A stretch of 64,000 nucleotides of DNA from Takakia lepidozioides (Eukaryota; Plantae; Bryophyta). Positions 1 to 12,630 of this stretch are shown one piece after another. A program made the position numbers and the translations under genes. Each line of letters starts with the position of its first letter. Position 1 is the stretch's first letter. The DNA is taken from contig CM060731.1 in the NCBI GenBank assembly GCA_030704615.1, positions 81,220,001-81,284,000 on the forward strand. The letters run 5' to 3'. The notes beneath the pieces are model-generated. The model ran no database searches. It saw nothing but the letters and a program-made list of their open reading frames with translations, and was not told the origin of the DNA.

Positions 1-2993
1 CTGACTGTTGAATGTCATAGGCAGGGGATTTTCATGGCGGTTGGGTTTCATGATGTGCGGATATTTCATTCAATGTCGGCTGCTCCGGGAACAGCATCCG
101 GTGAACGGAAGGTATTTCGGTGCCGCAATTCGGATAAACCGTCTTGTACTGGTGGCTGGAACTGGCACGCGTCGTGTTCCAGTCGACTTCATCCGTGCGA
201 ACGTGTCAGGGGTCACAATCTCTTCATCACCCATACGGCAGAAAGTGGTGGACGGTGGCAACGCTTCGGGAGACGTGGCTGCTTACACATCTGCTCGTGC
301 ATAGTGGTTGCATGTTCCACCGCTTCGCTCTCTCGCTCCTTGCCCTTCTGCAGTGACATTCTCCTGCGTTTCCTCTCCTTATGCGGCATAGTGGTAGCAT
401 AGAGTTTGTGGAAGGTCAGGCGACTCCGGCAAAGAGAAGGAGGACGCGGGATTTTGGGAAGCCGCCGACGACACGACTTAAGCTCCGTCTCATGCATGAA
501 ATGCAGACCTCGTTATCCGGAGACTCGGATCGCCCACCAGTGAGAGATTCGTGCTTTGCGGATGTGAAGCACTCCATACGCAATATTCTTTTTACACCTT
601 TTTTTTGCTTTGCGTGCAGTGTCTCATGTTTTCCTGTTTGTTTGACATGGGAGCTGGGGAGGGATCGCAGGGGGCGAAGCAACACAGTCAACTTTGGATA
701 CTCCTGCCCGGGTGCTGCGCTCGCAAGGTGGAAGTGCATCGAGGCAGGCGAGTCCTCATTCAACACCTCAGATATCGCCTCAGAAAAGCCCACCTAGAGT
801 TCGGAAGTCGAGGAAGCAGAAGGAGCCCATGGCTTCGCCAGTAAAACCCCTAGGGAGACTGGAAGCGGAGATATTGGGTTTGCAGTCAATTTCAAAAAAC
901 ACGGATGCGGTGGAGGCCGCTGGAGATGTGGGAGTTGGATCTGCAGAAGGGCGGCCCATTGAGCTGACAGAAGGAGAGGACGACAACGTGGTACGACTTG
1001 GCGACGATCAGAACCTGCTGGAGCTTGCGGAGGAGCAAAACCTCCAGGACATTTCCTTCTCTGCAGACTCTTATCTTTCAGGCATTTTGCTTCGTGAAGA
1101 AACATTAGAAATTCAAATTACGTGAAACAGGAAGACTTGTTGATTCCACAGTTGATCCACTGGAGTATAACGTCCTGTTCAACCATGTGGGAGAGAAGGA
1201 CATTCTTTGTGATTTGTCGGGCAAGCCATGGAGGTATGGCAGGACCAGGAGTCCTGCATTCATCCCAGACGCTCATGGAAACATGTACGGATGTTGAAGG
1301 CAGGGTCCTCGACATCACTGCAAATACAGGTGAGAACGTTAATTGAATGCGGCACCAAAATTGACACCATTTCCGTTTGTGTATGTTTGCTTGTGCGAGG
1401 AAGCGACTCATTCTTGAGTTTGGTTGTGGTTGTGTCGTATGAATTTGCAGGTGCCTGTATGTGGGCGGGAAGGATGTCGAACCGATTTGTGTTCTCATTT
1501 GAGGGGGATACGGCCTTGTACGATTACAATTTGGCGGGCCTTCAGCGTTTGCCTCCGACTGAGGATCCCAAAAACGCAGAAGATGACGTGGAAGGGGAGG
1601 AGGAAGATGAAGAGGAGGAAGTCCAGGAAATTCGTTCGATGCAGGGGCGCCCGAAGCCGCTTCCCCCAATGCCTGTCTTCGAGTGAGTTGCACCATAGTA
1701 AGTGTATTGGTTTCGGTTGTAGGGACCATGCAACCTGCCGATGATTCCCTGTTTGAATTCTCTAATGTACTTCATTCTATGTTTGTGCGTACACTCAGCC
1801 TTGCAGAGTCGTCCGACGAGGAGAAGCTGGGAGACTTGCCCGAATCGGACCCTGTTGCAGAGGAGGAGACAGAATCGCATCGGCCATTCTTTGCCAGAAA
1901 ATCGTTTCTCGCGAGTCCCCAGAAGCCTTTTTTTCTACCAGCCTATGCAGACACGGCTGCCAGAGAAGCCATCAGGAGGGAGGATAGGCCTACTCGGTTA
2001 GAGCAATTGACATACGGGAATGAGCAGAGATTATAATGAGGCGTGAGGCCAAACATAGAATTGTGAAAGGCAGAGTAGGGAAGTTCGTAATAGAATCCGC
2101 GTCCGAGAGCGAGGGGAATGTTGAGGACACTTCCGCACCCAGGTGGACAGTTCCGGCTGGTGAGGATGGTATTTTTGAGGGGAGGGCTTCTCAGAGTAAC
2201 AGCGGTAGCGGCAGTGCAGGTTCGGAGGCAGGTGGAAGGCAGCCATCCTTGCATGAGGCCGGGGATGCATCGGACAGTGATAGCGGATCCTCACCATAGC
2301 AAAGTCTCATTTGGATCCTTTTGTTGTACAGTTCTGAAACACTTAATGAAAATATTGACGATTTGAAAAATCATTGTGTTCAGACTGCTTGTCCGATTCC
2401 CTACATTTCTTCCGCCAACCAAAATGTATAATAAAAGCAGAAGAGACGCAAACTTCAGTGAAGAACCCTACAAGTAATTTATGCACACCATCGAGCCGAG
2501 AACTTGAAGCCATGAAAACCCTGCCGTTTCTAACATTCCTATTGGGAAATTTGGCGCCGAAATAGCCCAATGCGCGCCTTCGTTATATGGGCCTCAAAAA
2601 TTCCACGGATGAATTACTGTACCAAAATATCGCGATGGAAGCCTTCAGCACAAGGCACTTCAGCACATTCCACTTGGGTATTTCGGCGCCCAAATAGCCC
2701 GTTCTGCGCCATTAAATACCGCACTATATCACATTTTAAGAGGTAATTTCGGTGCCGAAATACCCCGGTGGATGTCTTCAAAACACCATTTTAGCACACT
2801 GCTCTTGGGAATAACGGCGCCGAAATACCTCATTCCGCATCCTGGACCAGGAGAAACAGACCCTATTACCGAGGTAAGAGGACATAACACCGTCAATAAA
2901 GGCAGGAAAATTCCAATTCCGCGGATGTCCGCTCATGAGCTCATAGGCTCATGGGCTCATGGGCTCATGCGCTCATGAAATAGTAAACCTCTA
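1..2993. mobile_element. Putative TIR DNA transposon (hAT-like terminus), right end only
   Basis: The Ty3 integrase on the - strand breaks at ...TPFQLV and continues as TAGAGGTTTACTATTTC (2993 down), which resembles TAGAG/TAGGG hAT termini. Subterminal repeats are present: GCTCATGG-type units at 2931-2978 and (C/T)GGCGCCGAAATA-like motifs at ~2551, 2683, 2749 and 2814. The other end is outside the window. Confidence 0.45.
694..2299 (+). pseudogene. Degraded multi-exon gene of unknown function (acidic and Ser/Pro-rich)
   Basis: Consecutive + strand ORFs 694-1125, 1122-1346, 1228-1686, 1683-2036 and 2036-2299. A GT..AG intron at 1330-1450 joins ...DITANTG to ACMWAGRMSNRF in frame. No family recognised. 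Confidence 0.3.
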
Positions 2994-5465
2994 AACTAAT
3001 TGGAATGGTGTATACTTAGTGGTGACTTTATAGGAAGTCATGTATGACCACAAAGCTGTCAGCAGCTTTGTATCCCAATCCGTTCTGTTTGCATTGACTA
3101 TCTTAGCCAAGATAGTGCATAGTATTTTGTTGGTAGCCTCTGCCTGCCAATTACCCTGTGGGTAATATATTGTACTCTTTCTATGCACAATCATGAACTC
3201 TTTAGTCAACAACTCAATGGTCTCATTCATGAAGTGACTTCCCTGATCACTGATAAATTCTAAGGGACAGCCAAATCGTGTAAGTATGTTCTCGTACATG
3301 AACCTTGCTGTGGACTTGGCTGTGTTGTCCCTCAAAGCTTTAGCTTCCACCCACTTCGTAGTATAATCAGTGGCTGTAATTATGTACCTGTTCCGTGTAT
3401 TCTTGGCTGGTGGGTTAATCGGTCCAACAAAGTCTAGTCCCCATTTCTGAAATGGTTCCGTAGGCATTGTAGGATGCAAGGCCATCCTTCCAGATCTCTG
3501 CAAAGGTCCTAGCCTCTGACATTCATCACAACTCTGACAATACTCGTGTACATCTTTGAACAAAGTAGGCCACCGGTAACCTGCGAGTAGTATCCTCCTA
3601 CTGGTAGTCTCTTCTCCAAAATGACCTCCAGCCACTCCTTTATGAACTTCCTCCAAAACTTTATTTACTTCATGGTGGTACAAGCATCGTTTTAGTACTC
3701 CATCAGGTCCTAGCTTATACATTCTGCTTCCTACCATAGTATAAGGTAAAGCTTTGATAGCGATTCTCTTCCTCTGCTCCTTACCATAACTAGGTGGGCA
3801 CTGACCATGAGCAAGGTAGTATCTGATTGGCCACTGCCAATCTAACCAGTCATCTGCACTTCCCTGCACCTCCACTGCAAAGAGACTCGCATCTGGTAAT
3901 TGATCATCTATCCCTGTGGCTGGTTCTCCTGTTGATAACCGTGACAAGTGATCCGCCACAAGATGCAATCTCCCAGGCTTGTAAACAATCTCGAACTCAA
4001 ACTCGTGCAAGATTATCAACCATCTTGCTATTCTTCCGCTTATCAGAGGTTTGTTTACCAAGTATATCAGAGCCTGGTGATCCACATAGAACATAAACTT
4101 CTTGCCCAACAGGTAATGCCTGAATTTCTTCACTGCATAGATCATTGCCAATGCTTCTCTTTCCGTTGTGCTATAGTTCCTTTCAGCACTGTTCATCAAT
4201 CTGCTAGCATAGTACACAGATGAATCTATATTTCCTGTAACATTCTGGGCTAACACTGTTCCCAACGCTTCTCCTGATGCATCGCAGTGAACATGAAATA
4301 CTACATGCCAGTGAGGGTTAATCAGCATAGGTGTAGTTGTTACTGATAGTGTAAGTTCCTCAAACGCCTGCTGACATTCAGTTGTCCAGGCAAACACTGC
4401 ATCTTTCTTCAGAAGCTTGCTCAATGGTGCTGCTATTTGTGCATACCTTTTGACAAATCTTCTGTAATAACTGGTTTGCCCAAGGAATCTCCTTAGACTT
4501 TTAACATTCACTGGTGGTGGAGAGGCTTTAATGGACTCTGTCTTTCTGGGATCCACAAGAAGTCCCTTCTTACACACAATGTGTCCCAGAAGCACCCCCG
4601 AGTTCACACAGAAAGTACACTTCTCTGGATTCAGGCCCAGACCTCTCATCCTGCATCTGGCCAGACATAACTCCAATTTATGCAAGTGCTCATTCTTAGA
4701 GCTGTACACACTGAAATCATCCAAGAATACCTGCATGAAATCATCCAGATACTCATGAAAAGATTCACTTATCACTCTCTGAAAGGTCGCTGGTGCATTA
4801 CAAAGTCCAAAGGGCATGACTTTGTATGCATAAGCCCCCCAGTCTGTGATGAAAGCTGTTTTCCCTTGGTCTTCTTCTGCCACTTGCACTTGATTATAAC
4901 CACTGAAGCCATCCATGAATGAGTACATCTCATGGCCTGCCACAGTGTCTAATACTGCTTCTGTGAATGGCAAAGGAAAAGGATCTTTCTTCGTACAAGC
5001 ATTCAGCTTCTTGTAGTTCACACATACTCTTAGTTTGCTATTCTTCTTGGGAACTATAACAATGGGTGACAACCAAGTTGTATACTCTATTGGGTATATA
5101 AACTTAGCCTCAGCCAACTTCTTAATCTCTTCTCCAACCTTCTGTGCGTAGTTGGGATTCATTCTGTACCTCGCCTGCTTGATTGGTACTGACCCTGGTT
5201 CCAGTTCAATCTTATGCTGACAGACTTCAGGTGGTATCCCTTTTAAATCCTCATAACTCCAAGCAAATACATCTCTGTATTTGATGAACAAGCTTTTAGC
5301 TTCTTCAAAGAACTCCGGCTCCAAATCAGCTCCTACTTTCACCATCCTCGGTTCCTCTTTAGTTCCCACATTCACTTCCCTCACTTGCTCATCAGCTGTG
5401 ATTGTCCAACCAGTCACCACTTCATCCTGTAAGCTCACAGTGGCTGGTTCCTCTAGGATTTCCAT
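2991..5465 (-). pseudogene. pol: pol: reverse transcriptase, RNase H, integrase (C-terminally truncated)
   Basis: MPFGLCNAPATFQR and FLDD (RT); HCDASG and NYSTTEREALA (RH); H..GGHFG..C..C zinc finger, GLDFVGP, SDQGSHF and QAEATNK (INT). Confidence 0.95.
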
Positions 5466-7030
5466 TTCTCATTCTCTTTCTTCATAGAAATGTGATGGGT
5501 AACTGCTGGTTGGTGTTGCTGTCACTACACCACAGCAGATACCTCTTAAACAACTTAGGCTTTCCAGCCGCATCTCTGCAACCTGCTCCCACTCTGGGTG
5601 TGCAGCAAATAGGGTAGCTTCCTGCTCCTCATCCAGTCCTCCTCTCCAGTCATACTCTCTGACTCCTCGAGGTCTTCTTGTAGCAGGTAATCTACTAGAT
5701 TTCTTTGTGGTAATTTGTATCTCGTGTATCCCATTATGCACGGTTAGTAACTGAGAATTCCAGTCATGGAATACCCTGGCCTGTTTCAGCCACGGACGTC
5801 CCAATAATAAGGAGTAAGCCTCCATGACTTCATCCATCTTCAACACAGTTACTGTGATCATAAAGATCATCTTCTGTATCTGTATCTTAACTCCTCTTAT
5901 CAATCCCAATGGCTGTACACTTCTTTGATCTGCCATTGTTACTGTAAATGGGGCTGGTTTCATGTTACTTAGACCAAGCTTCTTCTTTAATTGGTCTGTC
6001 ATGATATTTACTCCAGAACCTCCATCTATCAGTACATCAGTTAGTTCTGTGCTCCCAATTCTCAATTGGATTACTGGCATAGAATCATCAAAGTCCATGA
6101 CTGTTTCTCGCCCTTCCGGCTTCACATTATAACTCGTCACCTTGCTGTTCAGGTCTGTGTTTCCTGTCTCCTGGGCAATTCGATTGATTGCTTGATACAG
6201 CCTGTGCCTACAATAAGGTGCCACAACTAATAGCTGTCCAATGGTAATTTCTGCTTTGGTCTGGCATATTACTTCAGCCAAAGTCTCTTCATTACTTTGC
6301 ATGTCTGCATCTTCTTTCTTCCTTTCTTCCTCACTCCCTTCTTCTTCTCCATCAGAATCAGAGGAATCTGCCACAGGAATATCAGTACTCTTCTGCATTT
6401 CCCTTATAGTATCTGCCACTTCCTTGTGCAGTTCCTTCTCATCTTTCTTACTTCTTGTTACTATCATTGTACTTGCTTCTGGTACAACACATGGCCTAAC
6501 CATGTGAGCTGCCACCACTGGGCCCTCATTCACAGGAGCTCTCATCTCATTCTGGTGTCTTATCCAGAATGAACAGGCTGCCCTGCGATGTCCTGGCTGA
6601 TTACAATAGTAACATAGTTCTTCACCATTGGGTCCTTGCCCTTGGTCTGTTCTTGGATTATTTCTATAATCCTGATTCCCGGGCTGGTAATTCCCCCTTG
6701 GATTACCCTGATAGTTGCCTCTGGAATTCCCTTGGTAATTCCCTCTTGAATTACCTCTCCCTTCCATGCCATTGTTATAACCACCAGACCTACCATAGTG
6801 GTCCTGATCATTGTTTCTTCTTGGCTGGGGCTGCACCTGATGCACCCTTACTTGCCTAGGTTCTCTTGCAGCTGTCCTTCTGTTGTAGTAACAATTCTCA
6901 GTAGAATGGTTATCCATTTTACAGATAGTACAGTGTTACTCGTTCATGTGGCATTCTGTGGTGGTATGGCCTTCATTCTGGCACTTTGCACACCATACAC
7001 CCTTCCTCCAATGTGTTGCAGCCTCTGTGG

Positions 7031-7430
7031 GTGCCGCAATAGTAATCCAACTTAGTACGAGAGGAACCGTTGATTCACATAATTGGTCATTGCGCTTGGT
7101 TGAAAAGCCAGTGGCGCGAAGCTACCATGTGTAGGATTATGACTGAACGCCTCTAAGTCAGAATCCATGCTAGAAGCGGCGCTTTCTACCTCCCCGGTTG
7201 TTACCCGACTACTAGTAGGGGCGCCCCGTGCGTCCCCAAAAGCATGTGTCGAGAGCCTCCCCCGAGGTCGCGGAAGAAGCGGTCCTCGGGCGCTTTGCAT
7301 TGCAATTTCAGACGATCGGGGAGATGAATCCTTTGCAGACGACTTAAATATGGGACGAGGTATTGTAAGTGGCAGAGTAGCGTTGCTGCTACGATCCACT
7401 GAGATTCGGCCTCCTGTCCCAACGATTTGT
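7031..7430 (+). rRNA. 3'-terminal fragment of nuclear 25S/26S (LSU) rRNA, orphan copy
   Basis: Contains the sarcin-ricin loop AGTACGAGAGGAACC, GGATTATGACTGAACGCCTCTAAGTCAGAATCC, GCAGACGACTTAAATA and the terminal GATTTGT. Confidence 0.95.
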
Positions 7431-7655
7431 TATCAAACTATTTTTTGGGGAGCAGACGGTCGAGGGTCTCGGAGACGCAAGGCCCCGAAAATCGCCCAAG
7501 TCCTTTTCTGGGGACCACACGGTCGAGGGTCCCGAATGGTCGAGGGTCTCGGAACCGGCCAAGTCCTACCGCGGACAGCCTCCACCATTGTTGGGGGCTC
7601 CTCTCCGGGGGTTCAGGTAAGGGCGGGACAGTCGAGGGTCTGGGCCCTCGAGCGT
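7431..7655 (+). other. Probable rDNA 3' ETS/intergenic spacer carried with the LSU fragment
   Basis: GC-rich sequence directly after the LSU end with four GTCGAGGGTC repeats; gag resumes at ~7656. Confidence 0.65.
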
Positions 7656-9723
7656 CGGGCTGCTCAAGATTTCTTCCAATCTTTTTTCATAGTTATCCCT
7701 CTTCAACTTTTCCTTCCTCTTACTCTTTCTTTTTAGTTCTTGCTCTTCTTCTTCATCTGACTCATCCTCAGAGTCCTCATCATCATTTTTCTCTCTCCTG
7801 AGCATTCCCAATTGCTCAATTCTGTTTGCAGTTTCAAATGCCTCATCCACTGTATTATGGGGTAACATATCCACTTTCTTTTGCAACTCTGGTCTTAGTC
7901 CACTCACAAACCAAGTCTTCTGTAAACCGGGTGCTGGTACTGCAGCCAGCTTTTTCATCATCAATTCCATCTTTTCCATATACTCCTCAACAGTTTCATG
8001 CTTATTTTGCTTTAACTATTGTAAACTTCCATACAATTCATCTTCAGTTTTACTTGTCCTGAACCTATTTCGAAATGTTGTACTCAAGCCATTCCAGGTT
8101 AGGAAATGATTATCAGGGAATCTTGCATACCATTCACTTGCTTTCTTGATAAGTGAACAAGGAAACAATCTCATCTTGGCATCATCGCCATTCTCATTGT
8201 TCACTATACACATGTGCTCAAATTGGCTAATGTGTACATCGGGATCCCCTTTTCTTGAATATATTGGAAAGGGTGGTTTTGCCCGTGTTGGTTGTAACGC
8301 CATCTGTGGCCCTACCTTCTGCCCACTGACAGGTGCTGGTACCCTTGCTGGTGCTGGTCCTTCTGGACCTTTTGTTTTTGTGGTGGATCTTCCACCAAGT
8401 GGTGGCCCTTGAGCACTCCCTGCTTCCGGCCCCACGATATTCACAGTATTCCCAGCTTCAGTTGCACTACTTCCCACACTCCCTGTCCCCCCAGAGCCAG
8501 ATCCAGGCAGCCCGCCTGATCCCCCTGAGCCGACACCTTCGTTGGCCTGTGATCCAAGTGCTCCTCTTGATCCAGGTCCAACGGGTTGGGATGTCCTGGT
8601 TGTAGTCTCAACCTCAACTGTTGGGTCTACTTCTTCATATTCTTCCTCTTCCAATTTCTTCTCTCTATTTTCATCCTCCAAGTTCTGCCCTTGGGTTTCT
8701 TCTTCACTCATGTAACTCAACTGTAATGGTGTTGGAGAGTCTGAACTCTCCGTTGGCTCTACCACATCCTCTTCTCCTTCTTCACCTTCCGCTTCAGAAA
8801 CTGGAGTTCTTGCTTTTGGTGTTTCATGCCAACTCTTATCAAAGATTTCTGTCAAATCTTTTATCCAGGGATGTACCCCAGATCTTTCACCTCTTGATTG
8901 ATCTTCTTTCTGTACCAATTCCCTTAATCTTTCTTGCAAAGAAACAGAAGGAGTGGCATCCAACTCTAGTTCTTCCGGTATGGGTGATGTACTCTTTGAT
9001 CTTAATGGTGTGAGAGGTCCAGATGATTCCCCTATGTCTATTCCTCTCTCCCAAAGATATGGATAATTAGCTTTCAGATAGCTTTCTCTTTTTGCTGAAT
9101 ATCTCTGGCGTCTAGCTTCTCTTTCATCACTCATGTCCCATGTCTTTCATTTCTTTTAATGTGGCAATAACCAAAACTCTCTTTTGTAATATCTCTCGTA
9201 TATGCCTGGGTTTCTTTCAAGCTTCAATGCACCCTTGGTTATACTTGAAGTCTCCGTTACCATATAACCATATGGCAAACAAGTCTGGAAAGCTGTTCTT
9301 GGTGTGAGTTTGATCCACAAAATATCCTTTGGAATCCAATTCTTTACCAGTACAAGCTCTTCATGAATATGAGTATAAACATTCACCTTTCTTTCTTCCC
9401 AGCCTTCAAACTTTATTTGCTTAATGGATAGCAATGCTATCACATAAACCAATGTTGGTAACCAACGTGCTCTTCCTCTACAGGCTACCTGATAAATCTT
9501 TATCACTCCTTTCTCCAGACCCCATTCCGGATCAGCATCATGCACTCGCTTAAGAATATTTTCTTTACAACCGTCTGGCAATTCCAAGAACCTTTGAAAG
9601 AATTGTTTGGACAATCTTTCTTCCTTCGTTCCACAGGGAATTTGATTCACTTCAAATTCTTTAATGGTCCAACCACCATGATCCCACCAGATGCCTATCA
9701 CATCTGGTTGTTCATGACTCAGT

Positions 9724-9741
9724 TCCCCAGTATGGTCGCCA
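9724..9741 (-). promoter_or_regulatory. Primer binding site (tRNA-Arg type)
   Basis: TGGCGACCATACTGGGGA, 2 nt after the LTR-terminal CA. Confidence 0.8.
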
Positions 9742-9743
9742 AA

Positions 9744-10748
9744 TGTCGCGCAGCTTTTACTCACCCATCCCTTCGCTATCCGAGGCGGAAACTCCAAGAT
9801 AGAAGAGTTGGAAATCTCTAAGTACTCAGCCCGCGCAGAACAATCAGTCATGACCTACAGCTAGTGTATCATGGGGGTGTTTCCTATTTGTTTCCCTTTC
9901 AGCATTCATGTTAGCTACCTTACCATTGATAATTAAGTATCAGTTTGCTTCATCAATCTATCGGATTCCATCAACTCATCAATTCATTCCACAGCTTCAC
10001 TCAGATCTCTCTACACAGTGTGATTGTATCGTATAAGTATCAGATTATGATTTATCAGGTATCAGGCCGAAGCCATTATGTCTCTAATCTGCTCTACAAT
10101 ATCACTACAGCTTTGCATATAACAAGCATCTACTGATCATCTCTCCTCCTTCACCGTGCTCTCCATCTTTGCTTCCGTTCTTCCTCTCCGCCCGATCCCC
10201 TCTCATGCATAACCAAGAACTCCCCAGAATAATCATCCTCCCCCCAAAATCCCTGCTTCTCCCTTCATCTTCCTACCCGTGGCTCTAACCGTTTCCCTCA
10301 CTAACCGTCGTCCGTGAACTAACATGTTCCATTTGCAAGTGTTGTTCCCCACAGTCGTTCCCTGTTCTGCTCTCCGTTCCCTATGGTCGTGACAGCTGTG
10401 TCAAGCTGTGACTGGCTGTGTGAAACTGTGACGGGCTGTGACTGGCTGTGCGACTGTGTTTGGCTGTGTCGGGCTGTGACTGGCTGTGTGGCTGTGTCTG
10501 CTGTGACGACTGTGACGGGCTGTGTTGGCTGTGTCGGCTGTGACGACTGTGACGGGCTGTGTTGGTTGTGTCGGCTGTGATTGGCTGTGTGGCTGTGTTG
10601 GCTGTGTTGGCTGTGACTGGCTGTGTAACCCTCCTCTACAGTGCGCTGTTGTCACCCCTAAGGCTCCTGTTGGTCTCAGTCTGTGCAAAAATTAAGGGTA
10701 CCCTGCAGATCCCGTATAAGTGTCTAAGTCCCAGACAGTCCTCTAACA
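9744..10748 (-). repeat. 5' LTR (~1.0 kb) containing a GGCTGTG/CACAGCC simple-repeat tract at ~10390-10627
   Basis: TG..CA ends, bounded by the PBS on one side and the interrupted CACTA transposase on the other. The partner LTR is not in the window. Confidence 0.75.
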
Positions 10749-12179
10749 GCCCACCTTGTGCTACATCTTGTGGATGAATTGGAGGTTTGTGGTCCTGTTA
10801 GTTCACGTTGGATGTACCCCATCGAGAGGTACATGAAAAATTTGAAGGGATATGTGAAGAGCTATGCCCGGCCAGAAGGTTGCATGGCTAGCAGGTATTC
10901 TCTTGATGAGGCTCTTGGCCTCCTCACAGAGTACATGGCTGCATTTCCAGGAACTCGTAGAAGGGTCTGGGATTCCAACGAAGAAGAAAAGTGTTGCGGG
11001 AGAAGTATTAGAGGGCGAAGGAACTCCAAGGAAACTGTCGGCTGAGCTTCGGGCCAGTGCACACGACTATGTGCTTCACAACACGGCGTGCATGAGACCG
11101 TTTCTGAGGTAAGTATACGTCATTTATTTAGCTTCACATGCTAACTCTGGGGTATTTTTCCGGATACAAAATTCGCGCATTCTCAATTTTCACTCAGCCT
11201 CTTTGTACATATTATGGTTCTGACTAAGTGTGAATTGAGTATGACCAGACTTTATGATATTGAGAAGGCCACCATAGAATCAGCCAGAGCCGAATTTCGA
11301 GCCACATACAGCACCCAAGGGAGAAATGCACACCAACGCACCGTTCCATACCCCGAAAACATATTGCCTTTGCCTGCTTTTCATATGTGGATACAGTTGG
11401 CAGTACAAAATGTTGTTTCAAGAGGAGCAGCGTATGATGCAAATATTCGTCATCTGTGTAAGCCACCAGGGTTTGTTGCTCATTCATTTCGCTCTATGTG
11501 GGCATACGGAAATCACTACAGAGTGGTGGAAACAGGTGTGGTTGATTACCATGTCACATTCGACTCTGGGGTTGCACAGATTTTTGCCGAAGAGTCAACG
11601 GGAAGGGGTGTGGATGGTAACCCTGTCATGAACCAGCTGCAATATGTTGGTGTTGTTCGTGAAATTTTACAGCTTCAGTATGGTGCTGTCACTCCTGTAG
11701 TATTCATATGTGAATGGGTCAGAGCAAGCTTGACAAGTCGCAACCGCACCATGAAGAAGGATGAGTATGGTTTCCTACTCGTGGACTTCGATCACATGCT
11801 GCCACCGGGAGATGAACCATTCACATTTCCATGGCAAGTCGAGCAAGTTTTTTTTGCAGATGAGCCCTCCAACATTGGTAACTGGAAAGTAGTACTTCAG
11901 AAGGAGCCGCGCTCACGGCGCGTGGTACATGATGTCACTGGTGTCAGCTTGGGTGAGAATGAGTCATGCATAAGGATGCAAGTGGCGGAGGCATTGGAGG
12001 ATGTGAATCCCAACACAGAATTTGGACCTTCAACGACCCTTACCGAAGCTGAGATGGCTACTATTGCTATGATGAGGCCCCTACGAAGGGACGAACCATG
12101 GCACCGAGATAGTGAGGATTGCAACACTGACCATGAGTGTAGTGAAAATAGTAGCGATGAAGATGACTACATTTGGTAA
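10749..12179 (+). pseudogene. CACTA TnpD-like transposase C-terminal half (DUF4218/DUF4216-like)
   Basis: HLVDELEVCGPVSSRWMYPIERYMKNLKGYV...RPEGCMA; frameshift near 10990; intron ~11109-11248 (GTAAGT..CAG); DEYGFLLVDF, DEPFTFPWQVEQVFF and WKVVL. Confidence 0.9.
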
Positions 12180-12630
12180 AAGGACAATAGCGTCATGTTG
12201 ACATTTAAACTGACAGACTGAGTGACATTTTGAGTTCCAAATCACAGGACACCCTGTGCTTCAGCCACTGGCCTGGTAAAAAGACAATAGCATTATATGA
12301 CATTTTGAGTGGCACACTGAGGGGAATTTTGAGTCCCAAATCACAGGACATCTTGTGCTGCAGCATCCACTTGTTGCGGTTATTTTCCCTGTGAATGTAG
12401 CAGTGAGGAAGATGATTCCTGGTAAAAGGGCAATAGCGTCATGTTGCTTCAGTTGTTACTCCACCTCTCTACTATCTCCCCCCCTTCCCACATCCATGCC
12501 TTACTTACTCTCTAGCTACGAACTGAATTCTGATGCCCCTGCTCCTCCCTCCCCCTCTCTATTACTCACGCTGAACAATCAATTGTACAAAATGCTTGCC
12601 AAATCACAGGACACCATGTGCTTCAGCCAG
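12180..12630. repeat. Diverged ~100-bp tandem/partial repeats (ACAATAGC...CCAAATCACAGGACA) inside the CACTA element
   Basis: Motifs recur at ~12181, 12281, 12428 and 12599. Confidence 0.6.

Larger units (their letters stand above)
5469..9134 (-). pseudogene. gag: gag-protease, interrupted by stops and an rDNA insert
   Basis: Capsid-like LFPCSLIKKASEWY...TW..L...F..RF; knuckles CAKCQNEGHTTTEC, CTICKMDNHSTENC and CYYCNQPGHRRAAC; protease LIDGGSGVN...LLLGRPWL. Confidence 0.88.
2994..10748 (-). mobile_element. Ty3/Gypsy LTR retrotransposon, non-chromovirus (Athila/Phygy-like), 3' part cut off
   Basis: 5' LTR TGTTAG...GCGACA, tRNA-Arg-type PBS, gag with three CCHC knuckles, then PR, RT, RH and INT in Ty3 order. 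All ORF pieces (starts 9851, 9134, 7979, 6917, 5465) are in one frame, separated by stops. Confidence 0.92.

Noticed and set aside
7031-7430. Functional rDNA locus
   Set aside because: Only the last ~400 nt of the LSU are present, with no 18S, 5.8S or promoter.
10383-10688. Cys-rich and Gln/Pro/Thr-rich ORFs
   Set aside because: Translations of the GGCTGTG simple repeat in the LTR.
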